Shown in pieces: positions 27,355-36,702 of a stretch of DNA of 64,000 nt. The DNA lies in the NCBI GenBank assembly GCA_963823555.1, contig CAWGMA010000001.1:1216050-1280049 (forward strand). The letters are read 5' to 3'. Each line of letters opens with the position of its first letter. Position 1 is the first letter of the stretch. The stretch is from Candidatus Eiseniibacteriota bacterium. GTDB lineage: Bacteria > Eisenbacteria > RBG-16-71-46 > CAVPCR01. Below the pieces are notes generated by a model that worked only from the letters and a program-made list of their open reading frames with translations, did not search any database and was not told the origin of the DNA. Made by a program: the position numbers and the translations under genes.

Positions 27355-29826
27355 GTGCCAACGATTGCGCTCTATCGCGTGCTCGCCGTTCTCGCCGGCG
27401 CCATCCTGTTCGTCTCTGTCGTGGCGCCCTTCGACACGTCGATGCTCGGCGGCGTGGCCCTGGCCGCGCCTCTGCTATCGCGGATGCTCGGGAGGCAACG
27501 TCGTTGGCGGCTCTTCCGGGGAGTGCTGCGCCTGGGGCTCGTGAGCACTGCTCTTATCGCCGCGGCCGGGACCGAGGTCGGCATGCGCCCGTCCGGCGTC
27601 ATGGCGGAGCTCGCCCGCATCACGGCCGAGGTCGGGGCGAACGCGGACCGGGACCGACCTCAGCTCTGGCTCGGTCGCATCACGGGGATTCCGTTCCCCG
27701 TCCCGGATGGCACCGAGGCCCACCTCGCGCTCGCCGGTCGCCTCGGCGGCGCGGGGCTCGAGCCGGTTCGCGGTCGCATCGTCGTCTCCTTTCCGGATCG
27801 AACGCCGGAGCCAGGGGAATGGTGGCTCGTTCGCGGCGTGATCGTCGTTCCCGAACCGCGGAGGAACCCGGGAGGCATCGATGCGCGGGGGCGAGCCGAG
27901 CGACTCGGTTGGGCGGGACGGATGACCGTCGTGCGCGCGAGCGCTGCGCGCCGGCTCGCGTCGCGGCCCTCACTCGCCGCGCGGCCGGATCTCGCCCTTG
28001 CGACCGGCATCGGGGTCGTGCGCGCGCGTGTGCACCACGCCCTGGCCGCGCGCATGGCGGCCGAGACCGCAGGTCTCGCCGAGGCCATGTCGCTCGGCAT
28101 GCGCGGCTCCCTGTGGCCGGAGACGGGGGCGGCCTTCCGGGCTCTCGGCTGGTCGCATCTGATCGCCGTCTCGGGGATGAACGTCGGTTTCGTGGCGGGG
28201 CTCGCGGCGGCAGGGCTCGGCATCTTTCGCGTGAGATGGCGATCGCCGGTGCTCGCGCTCGTCATGGTCGCGTACGGCGTGGTCACGGGTGGTGAGCCGC
28301 CCGTCATGCGCGCCGTCGTGATGGGGCTCGCAGCACTCCTGGCCCGGGCGACGGAGCGCGCGCTCCCGACGGGGCGCTCACTGGTGCTGGCGGCCTTTCT
28401 GAGCCTGGCCGCCGCGCCGCGCTGGATCGAGGACGCCGGGTTCCAGCTGTCCTTCGCCGCCATTGCGGGCATGGCCCTCCTCGGTCCGCGGATCGACTGG
28501 TCGCATCCGCTGGCATGGCTCGCCGGTCGTACGCGACTGGCGCGCTTCGTGGTCCTGCCGTTGTGGACCGGCTTCGCCGCTCAGGTCGGGTGCTTGCCCA
28601 TTCTGGCCGAGACCTTTCATTGCGTGAGCCCCTGGGGCGTGATCACGGGACCGGTGGCGATTCCGCACTCCGGGATCTTCGTGTCGGCGTTGCTTCTGGG
28701 GATGCCGCTCCTTGCGCTGCCCGGACCGCTCGGCGCTGGGCTTCTCTCGGGCGCGGCGGTGCTCGGCGAGGCGCTCATTGCCGGGAGCCGTCTCGGAGCG
28801 CGGCATCTGGCTGCCCCCTGGCCGGTGCCGCCTCCGGGACCGCTCCCGATCGCGGCGCTCGTGCTCGGGGTGTGCGGGGTGTCGCTGCTTCGCGGGCGGC
28901 CGGGGCCGAGGGCGGTGGCTGCGCTGGTGGCGGTCGCGGCCGGGATGGTGATCCTCTGCGGGCTGCCGCCGCCGGGAGGGCCGGTGGCGTGCGTGGAGGT
29001 CGTGTTCCTCGATGTGCGGCAGGGGGATGCGATCCTCGTCGTCGGCCGGGGCGCGCCGGGATGGGAGCGCCACCTCGGACTCAGGCGGAGGCCCCGGTGC
29101 GTGTTCGCGATCGATGCCGGGGATGCGCCGCCGGAGGGGCTCGACTCGGGCGCACGGATCGTGGCGCCAGCGGTGGCGGCCTTGGGAGCGCGGGGGATCG
29201 ACGCCTTCATCGCCTCGCATGGCGACCGCGATCACGTGGGCGGGTTGCCTGGGCTCGCGCACGCGATGTCGATCGAGGAGATCTTCTGGCCGGCGCCCTA
29301 CGAGCCGCCGCGGGCGATTCTTGCGTTGACAGCGGAGGACGGCGGCAAGCGCTCGCGTCTGAAGCGCGCCGCGGCTGGGGATACGCTCCTCGCGCTGCCG
29401 GGTCTCGTGGTGCGAGCTCTGCACCCGCCGCGAGACTATGGCGGCGATGAGAACAACGGCTCGCTCGTGGTCCTCATCGAGGCGCCGGGGACGCGGGTGC
29501 TCCTTGCCGGAGATATCGAAGCGGAGGGGGAGTCGGTGCTCTGCGCGGAGGGCGGGACGCTGCGGGCGGATGTCGTGAAGGTGCCGCACCACGGGAGCGC
29601 GACCTCGAGCGGAGCGGAACTGGTCGCCGCCACGCACGCCCGGCACGCGGTGGTGAGCGTGGGCCGGCGGAACCGCTTCGGGCATCCCGATCCAGCGGTG
29701 CTCGCGCGGTGGGGGGAGGCCGGAGCGCGGGTGTGGCGCACCGATCAGGAGGGGGCGGTGATCGCCCGGATCGAGCGGGGGCGGGTGGGGGTCAGGTGCA
29801 CGGTGGGGGAGCCTGGGAGCACGTGA
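27355..29826 (+). CDS. comEC: DNA internalization competence protein ComEC/Rec2 (with C-terminal MBL domain)
   Basis: N-terminal DUF4131-like TM region, competence domain (GWSHLIAVSGMNVGFVAGL). C-terminal metallo-beta-lactamase motifs (HGDRDHVGG, VKVPHHGS). Confidence 0.85.
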   Translation: MPTIALYRVLAVLAGAILFVSVVAPFDTSMLGGVALAAPLLSRMLGRQRRWRLFRGVLRLGLVSTALIAAAGTEVGMRPSGVMAELARITAEVGANADRDRPQLWLGRITGIPFPVPDGTEAHLALAGRLGGAGLEPVRGRIVVSFPDRTPEPGEWWLVRGVIVVPEPRRNPGGIDARGRAERLGWAGRMTVVRASAARRLASRPSLAARPDLALATGIGVVRARVHHALAARMAAETAGLAEAMSLGMRGSLWPETGAAFRALGWSHLIAVSGMNVGFVAGLAAAGLGIFRVRWRSPVLALVMVAYGVVTGGEPPVMRAVVMGLAALLARATERALPTGRSLVLAAFLSLAAAPRWIEDAGFQLSFAAIAGMALLGPRIDWSHPLAWLAGRTRLARFVVLPLWTGFAAQVGCLPILAETFHCVSPWGVITGPVAIPHSGIFVSALLLGMPLLALPGPLGAGLLSGAAVLGEALIAGSRLGARHLAAPWPVPPPGPLPIAALVLGVCGVSLLRGRPGPRAVAALVAVAAGMVILCGLPPPGGPVACVEVVFLDVRQGDAILVVGRGAPGWERHLGLRRRPRCVFAIDAGDAPPEGLDSGARIVAPAVAALGARGIDAFIASHGDRDHVGGLPGLAHAMSIEEIFWPAPYEPPRAILALTAEDGGKRSRLKRAAAGDTLLALPGLVVRALHPPRDYGGDENNGSLVVLIEAPGTRVLLAGDIEAEGESVLCAEGGTLRADVVKVPHHGSATSSGAELVAATHARHAVVSVGRRNRFGHPDPAVLARWGEAGARVWRTDQEGAVIARIERGRVGVRCTVGEPGST

Positions 29827-30610
29827 TCAGGGATTTCGTGCGGTCGGCCTCGCCTCGCTTCGGCGTCGCAGGACAGCCCGGTTCCCCCTGCCGGCTGGGG
29901 CGGGTATATGGGTTCCGCCTGGGATGTTTCCGCTGAAACAAGTGCGCGATCTCCAGACGGGCGCCTCGCGCTGCAGCGGTGCCGACAGCACTCGGTGTTT
30001 CGCCAGGAGGCAGGTGTGTCGCGCCCGGTTTGGACACAACCGGCGTCGCCCCTGGTTGCAGAAGAGCGGGGCCGAGGGGTCGAAACTCTCGTGGCGCGAC
30101 TGCTTGTAGAGCCAGAAGCGAGAGAGCTTCTCAACGAGCGCATCTGGTAGGAACATGTCACCAACACGCTCGCCCTTGGCGATCTCGGGACGAAGTCTGA
30201 CCCGCGTGCGCGGCGTGCCGGAAGATCCATCCTGCGCCCGCGGCGCTTGCCGTAACAGCGAAAGGGGCGTACCCTCGGTGGCAATTCAGTAGGCTCCTCG
30301 CATGCCGAGCGCCGCACCCCATCCAGGTCGCCGACCGAGGAGGCGGGATCTACTTGGTCCCAAGGAGGTGCCATGGACCGGCGGAGTGGCTGGCTTGGCT
30401 CGATCCCGTCACGCCTGTCCGTTGCCTCCACCTGTTTCGGCACCCGCCAGCACGATAAAGACCGCCCACAGACGCGAACATCCCGCTTTCGCTGCGGTCC
30501 CTGCGCCTCAACGGCGCGACTCATTCCAGGGGGGGACATCAAATGACGGGGAGACTTTGGTCTGGTTCCTCTAACCGGCCACGCCCAAATCCGAGGGGAG
30601 GACTTCAGTC

Positions 30611-31507
30611 ATGACACGCAGGGCAGTTGGCGCGCTATGCGTCGTGGTCCTGGCGGCCGCGCTTGCATCAGGCTTCGTTCTCTCCATGCCTGCCATCGCC
30701 CAGAATCTTGTCTACAACGGCGATTTTGAGTACGGCAACCAGGGTTTTGTGTCCGAATACTCCTATTCGCCCGGTAACATCTGGGCCGCGAGGACCTACG
30801 ACATCGTCACTGATCCTAGCCACTCGCATCCGTACGCCGTTTCCTATGGTGATCACACCACGGGTTCTGGCCTGATGATGGCCGTCAATGGCGCCACGGA
30901 CGGCGGGTCCGTAGTCTGGTCGCAGACAATCCCGGTGGCCCCCGGGTCTCGATATGTTTTCTCCATCTGGCTCTCCTCTTGGGTCGAGGACTCGCCAGCG
31001 CAACTCGACCTGCGCTTCAACGGCCAGCCTGCGGGGATGATCTCCGCTCCTATGACCACCGCGCTCTGGGAGCGATCGGAGAGAACTTGGGACTCGGGCG
31101 GCAACACCACGCTGGTCATCAGTATTGTCGATAGAACCACCGCCTTCGGAGGAAACGACTTCGCCCTGGATGATCTATCGATGACTCTCGCCGAACCGGC
31201 AGCCGCAACCGGAGAGCCTCAACCGTCGGTTCTTCCCTCCGTCCGTGCATTCCCGAATCCGACAAGTTCGCACACGAGCCTGGCCATCACGGGAGTCCCC
31301 GCTACCTCGTGCCGTGTCGACATCTACTCTGTAACCGGGATTCTGGTTCGAAGCCTAGCTTGCTCGGCTGGCGGAGCCGGAGAGGAGGTGGTCATGCTAC
31401 CGTGGGACGGACGAAATCGGGACGGTCAACCTGCGGCGCGTGGCGTCTACCTGGCTCGACTTCACGAGTATCCGACAGTTGAAGCCAAGATCGTCTTGGT
31501 TCATTAG
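30611..31507 (+). CDS. secreted CBM-like (galactose-binding-like jelly-roll) protein with T9SS C-terminal sorting domain
   Basis: Signal peptide. NGDFEYGNQGF...W...ALDDLSM resembles CBM4/9/DUF642 sugar-binding modules. C-terminal AFPNPTSSHTSLAI...VDIYSVTGILVRSL...WDGRNRDGQPAARGVYLARL...KIVLVH matches the Por/T9SS CTD (TIGR04183-like). Confidence 0.65.
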   Translation: MTRRAVGALCVVVLAAALASGFVLSMPAIAQNLVYNGDFEYGNQGFVSEYSYSPGNIWAARTYDIVTDPSHSHPYAVSYGDHTTGSGLMMAVNGATDGGSVVWSQTIPVAPGSRYVFSIWLSSWVEDSPAQLDLRFNGQPAGMISAPMTTALWERSERTWDSGGNTTLVISIVDRTTAFGGNDFALDDLSMTLAEPAAATGEPQPSVLPSVRAFPNPTSSHTSLAITGVPATSCRVDIYSVTGILVRSLACSAGGAGEEVVMLPWDGRNRDGQPAARGVYLARLHEYPTVEAKIVLVH

Positions 31508-31666
31508 GATGTGGTCAAGTAGACGCTCCGGATGGGGCGTTGAAGCCTGAGCCCGAGTGTCCGAAGATAAGCGACGGTCGCGATCCCAATGCGGTGCAAC
31601 CTTCGACGTGGGTGATCAGAGCATCGTGGGCCCGATGAGTAGGCAAGGGCTCCTGACCTCGAAGCA

Positions 31667-32701
31667 TCACCGCCGGCCGCTGGCGCGCCCCGCCCCCTCG
31701 ACCTTGATCCGGCCCCAGGTCGCCGGGGCGACAGGGGTCACGAGCGGGAGATCATCGGCAATGAAGATGTCCCAGTTGCCGTTGCGGTGCGAATGAAAGG
31801 CGATGCGCTGCCCGTCGGGTGACCAGCGCGGGCGCGTGTTGTAGAGCCCGTCGGTGGTGATCGGGACCGCGAAGGATCCATCCTCGGTCATGATCCAGAT
31901 GTCGAACGGCAGCTGGGTGAGTTGATCGAGGTTCAGCACGCCGTCGCCCGGTGCGCTCCGGCCGTCGCCCCACAACCGATCGCTCGCCCAGGCGATGAGG
32001 TTCTGCGGGAGTGACCAGTTGGGCTGGATGTCGTCGCCCGGCCAGTAGGTGACCTGAGTGCCCTGCTCGCCGGCCGGAAGGGGCGCGATCCAGATCTCCC
32101 GATTTCCGCTCCGGTTCGACTGAAAGACGAAGCGGGCCATCGTGGGAGCGAATCCGGGCTCTGCGTCGTGAGCCTGATGCAACGTGGCAAGCGTCACCAG
32201 GATGCCGCTCATGGCGTCGTAGACCGCGATGTCCCAGCCGGCGAAGACGGTGTGGCAGATGACCCAGCTCCCGGTGAACCCGGCGGTCGGTTCGAGATCG
32301 CGGCGATCGTTGTACGTGAGCCGGAGCGGCGCCCCGCCCGCTGCGGGCACGCGGTAGAGCTCCTCCTGGTACTCGCTCGCAAGGGAGCTGTCGTACACGA
32401 TCCACTGCCCGTCGGGTGTGAACGTGGGCCCGCCTTCGTAGACGTCGTTGAATGTGAGGCGGGTCGGATTCGAGCCGTCTGCGTTCATCACCCAGATCTC
32501 GTTCGACCCGGTGCGGTTCGAGACGAAGGCGATCCGCCCGCCGTCCGGCGACCAGGCGGGGCCGGAATCATCCGCGCTATCGAAGGTGATCTGGGTGAGC
32601 GTCACCGCGGCGACATTGCGCGGCACGAGGAAGAGGAGGAAGGCGAGAACGAGAAAGGCCGCAGGAGGGCCGGCGGCCGAGGGGAGACGCCAACGCGACA
32701 T
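31667..32701 (-). CDS. TolB-like periplasmic WD40/PD40 beta-propeller protein
   Basis: Signal/TM (MSRWRLPSAAGPPAAFLVLAFLLFLVP). Repeated PD40 units (PAWSPDGGRIAFVSNRTGSNEIWVMNADGSNPTRLT, PTFTPDGQWIVY, PRWSPDGQRIAFHSHRNGNWDIF). Confidence 0.7.
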   Translation of the reverse strand: MSRWRLPSAAGPPAAFLVLAFLLFLVPRNVAAVTLTQITFDSADDSGPAWSPDGGRIAFVSNRTGSNEIWVMNADGSNPTRLTFNDVYEGGPTFTPDGQWIVYDSSLASEYQEELYRVPAAGGAPLRLTYNDRRDLEPTAGFTGSWVICHTVFAGWDIAVYDAMSGILVTLATLHQAHDAEPGFAPTMARFVFQSNRSGNREIWIAPLPAGEQGTQVTYWPGDDIQPNWSLPQNLIAWASDRLWGDGRSAPGDGVLNLDQLTQLPFDIWIMTEDGSFAVPITTDGLYNTRPRWSPDGQRIAFHSHRNGNWDIFIADDLPLVTPVAPATWGRIKVEGAGRASGRR

Positions 32702-32989
32702 CGGAGGATTCCTCCGGGCGGAGGCCGACGCGTTTCTCCTGGCTCCGGGGACGCACAGAAAGCGACCCACGCTTCTCGGAACCCGAGCCAGGCCCGCGGC
32801 ATCGACCGTCGCACCTGGGTTGGAGTAGGATCTTCATGGTACGTCCAGCCGGCGCCCCGGGCAAGAGATGTGCAAATGGCCTCATGCGCTGACACTTCCG
32901 CTGGCGCCGGGCTCATCGCGGCGACGCACGCCCGCTACGCCCATGCATAGGGGGCACGCCCCAGTGGCCGCCTTCGTCGGGCACTGAAC

Positions 32990-33526
32990 GTGGTCCCAGG
33001 GGAGAGGAACATGACTCTCGGCGCCGACGATGTGATCCGGATGTTGGATCTCGTTCCGCTGCCCGGAGAAGGCGGTCTGTTCAGAGAGACCTACCGTTCT
33101 CCGCTGCGCCTGCCCGCCGCAATCCTGCCACCGCAGTACGTTGGAGAGCGCCCTGCGAGCACCGCGATCTACTATCTCCTCACCCGTGACACGTTCTCGG
33201 CCATGCACCGCCTGCGCGGTGACGAGGTGTACCACTTCTACCTGGGGGACCCCGTGGAGATGCTCCAGCTCCGGGGCGATGGCACGGGTCAGGGGGTGAT
33301 CATGGGCAGCGACCTCGCCGGCGGGATGGCCCCGCAGGTCGTCGTCCCCGCGGGAGTCTGGCAGGGGACGCGGCTCCTGGATGGCGGGATCTTCGCCCTC
33401 CTTGGGACCACGATGGCGCCGGGATTCGACGCGAGGGACTTCGAGCTGGGAAACCGCGCCGAGCTTGCCCGTGGCTTCCCGGAGCACGCAGCGATGATCG
33501 CAGCCCTGACCCACGAGAATCGCTAG
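32990..33526 (+). CDS. cupin-fold protein (DUF985-like)
   Basis: Cupin beta-barrel motifs. Alternative ATG start at 33011. Confidence 0.6.
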   Translation: MVPGERNMTLGADDVIRMLDLVPLPGEGGLFRETYRSPLRLPAAILPPQYVGERPASTAIYYLLTRDTFSAMHRLRGDEVYHFYLGDPVEMLQLRGDGTGQGVIMGSDLAGGMAPQVVVPAGVWQGTRLLDGGIFALLGTTMAPGFDARDFELGNRAELARGFPEHAAMIAALTHENR

Positions 33527-33573
33527 CTCGCACCGCCGCTCAGAGGCGGTGCGAGCCGGAATGACGCAGGAGA

Positions 33574-33960
33574 CTAGCCAGCCATCTTGCGCAGCATGTG
33601 GTCGATGACCTTGCTGTGCTCGTGTTGCGGGCTGAACAGAATGACCTCGGCATCCTTGTTCACCCTTACCGTGTGCCCGGGGGGCCAGTAGAAGAGATCG
33701 CCGCTCTTGACCACTTCCTCTGCCTTGTCGGCGTACGTGACGGTGACTTCTCCCTGCAGCATGTAGCCCCAGTGTGGAGACTGGCAGAGGTCACCCTCGA
33801 GCCCCTTGAGCAGCGGCGCGATATCCGCGCCTGCGCCCAGCGAGAAGTACTCGCCGCTCATCTTGCCGTATCCGGAGGCATCGCCGAAATCCGCCTGCTG
33901 TCGGGCGGTGGCTCCCGGCGCGTCGATTCGGACCGGGACGTCGTTCTTGGGTATTCGCAT
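33574..33960 (-). CDS. cupin domain protein
   Basis: Small cupin_2-like barrel (GEYFSLGAGADIAP...HWGYMLQGEVTVTY...GDLFYWPPGHTV). Confidence 0.65.
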   Translation of the reverse strand: MRIPKNDVPVRIDAPGATARQQADFGDASGYGKMSGEYFSLGAGADIAPLLKGLEGDLCQSPHWGYMLQGEVTVTYADKAEEVVKSGDLFYWPPGHTVRVNKDAEVILFSPQHEHSKVIDHMLRKMAG

Positions 33961-34039
33961 CTCGTTGCTCCTTCCGGTGCCTCTGGCACCAGGAACGCAT
34001 CATGGCGGGGGGACAAGGGGCGGATGGACCGGGAACCCT

Positions 34040-34600
34040 CTAGGCGCGCTCGACGAACGTGCCGTCGCGCGTGTCGACCCGCACCAGCTCGCCGGTCGTG
34101 ATGTACTCGGGGACCCGGATCGTGATCCCGTTCTCGAGCTTGGCGGGCTTGGGTGACCCGGCCGCCGTCGCTCCCCTGAGCGGGGGGTCGGTCTCGATGA
34201 TGCGCAGCTCGACCGTCGTCGGCAGCTCGACGCCGAGCACCTCGCTGTCATGGAACTCGACGATCACCTTCATGTTCTCTTTCAGGAACTTGGCATCATC
34301 TCCGAGCACGGCGTCGGAAACATGGACCTGCTCGTACGTCTCGAGGTTCATGAAGACGTAGCCTTCAGCCGGCGAATGGTACAGGTACTCCATGTTCCGC
34401 TGCTCGAGAGCCAGGGGATCGGCCTTCTCGTCGGAGCGGAAGCGGTACTGCTGCTGGTTGCCGGTACGCAGGTTGCGGAGCTTCGCATGCACGACGGCCT
34501 GGCCCTTCCCGGGCGTGACATGCGTGAGCCCGATGATGCGATGGAGGTCGCCCTCGTGCATGATGACCATTCCGACCCGGAGTTGCGTCGCCGGAATCAT
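34040..34600 (-). CDS. efp: elongation factor P
   Basis: KOW-like N-domain and two OB domains. Conserved GKGQAVVHAKLRNL loop (site of Lys/Arg modification). Confidence 0.9.
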   Translation of the reverse strand: MIPATQLRVGMVIMHEGDLHRIIGLTHVTPGKGQAVVHAKLRNLRTGNQQQYRFRSDEKADPLALEQRNMEYLYHSPAEGYVFMNLETYEQVHVSDAVLGDDAKFLKENMKVIVEFHDSEVLGVELPTTVELRIIETDPPLRGATAAGSPKPAKLENGITIRVPEYITTGELVRVDTRDGTFVERA

Positions 34601-34918
34601 GAGAACTCGTTCTCCTCTGTCATGGTGGGTGGCCGCGGCCGACTGGGCCGCGCACGCGAACGGCCGGTCCCGAGGATCCGGCCAGGGGGCGCCTCTTGGC
34701 GCCCGGGGTGCCGCTTCGAGCCGTGTTCTGACTGGGATTCACTTCTAGCATACCGGATGCAGAGGGGCAAGTCGGGCCCGGTGCCAACCGTTGCGGCGCC
34801 ATGTCGTCGCCGGCCGGTGCGGTCTCGAGGCCGCCGCGGCGGCCTCGATTGACCACCCATGGGGGTCTTGCTAGCCTCCGGCGTTCGGTTGCGGCCCTGC
34901 CGGCAGGAGCGGGGCCGA

Positions 34919-34959
34919 GGAATCCGGCCCGCCTGACGGAATCCGGCCCGCCTGACGGA
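34919..34959. repeat. perfect tandem repeat, 2.2 copies of 19-bp unit GGAATCCGGCCCGCCTGAC, in purN 5' region
   Basis: Direct reading of the sequence. Located 40 bp upstream of the purN start, in the efp/purN divergent intergenic region. Confidence 0.7.
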
Positions 34960-34999
34960 GCATGGAGCAAACCCCCGCATCCCCGGGAACCAGCGCAGC

Positions 35000-35698
35000 A
35001 TGGAAGCACGGCTCAGACTTGGCGTCCTCGCCTCCGGACGCGGGTCCAACTTGCAGGCCATCCTCGATGTCATCGAGCGCGGCGAACTCGCCGCCGAGGT
35101 GCGCGTCGTCGTCTCCGATCGCCCGGATGCGGAGGCCCTGGCGCGCGCGCGGCGCCACGGCGTCGAGGCGGTCGTGCTCGATCCGGGCCGCTTCCGCACC
35201 CGGCTCGATGACGCCGCCGAGGAAACTCTGGTCGGGATCCTCCGCCAGCGCGAGGTCGAACTGGTCGTTCTCGCCGGGTTCATGCGGGTCCTGCACGACA
35301 CGTTCCTCGGCGCGTTCGCCGGGGCGATCATCAATATCCACCCGTCGCTCCTGCCGGCATTCCCCGGTCTCGACGCGCAGGGCCAGGCCCTCGAGTACGG
35401 GGTCAAGGTCGCGGGGTGCACGGTGCACTTCGTCGATCCCGGGGGAGTGGACGGGGGCGCCATCATCAAACAGCGCGCCGTGCCGGTGCTTCCCGGCGAC
35501 ACGCGCGACATCCTGGCCGAGCGTATCCTCGTCGCGGAGCATCAGCTCCTCGTCGACGTGATTGGTGACTTCGCCGCGCGGCGCGTGCGCCGCGAAGGGC
35601 GCCGGGTGTGGATCGCAGCCGAAGCGAACCACGCTCGCGGCGGCACCGGGACGGGCCGGCAGCGCGATGCGCTCGCCGGCGGCAGTGAGTGGAGGTAA
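35000..35698 (+). CDS. purN: phosphoribosylglycinamide formyltransferase
   Basis: GSNLQAILD, NIHPSLLPAFPG and HFVD motifs. Confidence 0.85.
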   Translation: MEARLRLGVLASGRGSNLQAILDVIERGELAAEVRVVVSDRPDAEALARARRHGVEAVVLDPGRFRTRLDDAAEETLVGILRQREVELVVLAGFMRVLHDTFLGAFAGAIINIHPSLLPAFPGLDAQGQALEYGVKVAGCTVHFVDPGGVDGGAIIKQRAVPVLPGDTRDILAERILVAEHQLLVDVIGDFAARRVRREGRRVWIAAEANHARGGTGTGRQRDALAGGSEWR

Positions 35699-35700
35699 GG

Positions 35701-36672
35701 ATGCCAAGCGCCGAGAAGAGCAAGGAAGGAGTCGCCGCATTCCGGACCTGGACCAAGGAGTCGACCGCGCGCGCGACGGCGGTGGCCCGCACGCGGATCG
35801 AGATCCCCGGGACAGGGCCCTCGTATCAGGGCAAGGTGCGTGATCTATACGATCTCGGCGACCGGCTCCTCATCGTCGCCACGGATCGCATCTCGGCCTA
35901 CGACGCGATCCTGCCGACCGGTATTCCCGGCAAGGGCTGGGTCTTGACCCAGCTCTCGGCATACTGGTTCGACGCGCTGTCCGATCTCTCCGAGCATCAC
36001 CTCATCTCGACCGCGGCCGGCGATTTCCCCCCGCCCTTCGATGCCCATCCGGATCTGCTCGACGGCCGGAGCATGCTCTGCCGGAAGACCAGGCGGGTGG
36101 ACTTCGAATGTGTGGTCCGCGGTTATCTGGCCGGGTCGGCATGGCGCGAGTACAAGGAATCGGGGACGGTGTGCGGGATCCCGCTCCCATCCGGTCTCGG
36201 CCAGTCGGAGCGGTTGCCCGAGCCCATCTTCACGCCCGCCACCAAGGCCGATTCGGGACATGACGAGAACGTGCCGTTCTCGACGGTCGAGAATGCGCTC
36301 GGCGGGGCGCTCGCTCACGAGCTCCGGCGGCGCTCGCTCGGGCTCTATGAAGCCGCGGCGCGGCATGCGGAGGCCCGGGGTCTCCTCCTTGCCGACACCA
36401 AGTTCGAGTTCGGACTGCTCGGTGATCGGTTGCTCGTCATCGATGAGATGCTGACCCCGGACTCCTCGCGCTTCTGGGACCAGTCGAACCATGTTCCCGG
36501 ACGGTCGCAGGAAGCCTTCGACAAGCAGTACGTCCGCGACTATCTCGACCAGAGCGGCTGGAACCACGAGCCTCCGGCGCCGCCCTTGCCGGAGGAAGTC
36601 GTCACCGGCACGCTCCGGCGCTATCTCGAGGCGTTCGATCGCCTGACCGGGCCGCCGCTGGCCGGTGGTTGA
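35701..36672 (+). CDS. purC: phosphoribosylaminoimidazole-succinocarboxamide synthase
   Basis: SAICAR synthetase motifs (GKVRDLY, ATDRISAYD, LADTKFEFG). ATG 6 nt after GGAGG. The listed ORF starts at a GTG at 35689 inside the purN 3' end. Confidence 0.9.
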   Translation: MPSAEKSKEGVAAFRTWTKESTARATAVARTRIEIPGTGPSYQGKVRDLYDLGDRLLIVATDRISAYDAILPTGIPGKGWVLTQLSAYWFDALSDLSEHHLISTAAGDFPPPFDAHPDLLDGRSMLCRKTRRVDFECVVRGYLAGSAWREYKESGTVCGIPLPSGLGQSERLPEPIFTPATKADSGHDENVPFSTVENALGGALAHELRRRSLGLYEAAARHAEARGLLLADTKFEFGLLGDRLLVIDEMLTPDSSRFWDQSNHVPGRSQEAFDKQYVRDYLDQSGWNHEPPAPPLPEEVVTGTLRRYLEAFDRLTGPPLAGG

Positions 36673-36702
36673 GCCTCCAACCGGGCCGAACCAGGGAGTT
36701 CC

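Noticed and set aside
29745-30542. 265-aa minus-strand ORF in the comEC/CBM intergenic gap
   Set aside because: Low-complexity Arg/Ser/Pro-rich sequence without domains. Kept only as part of the unexplained-gap finding.
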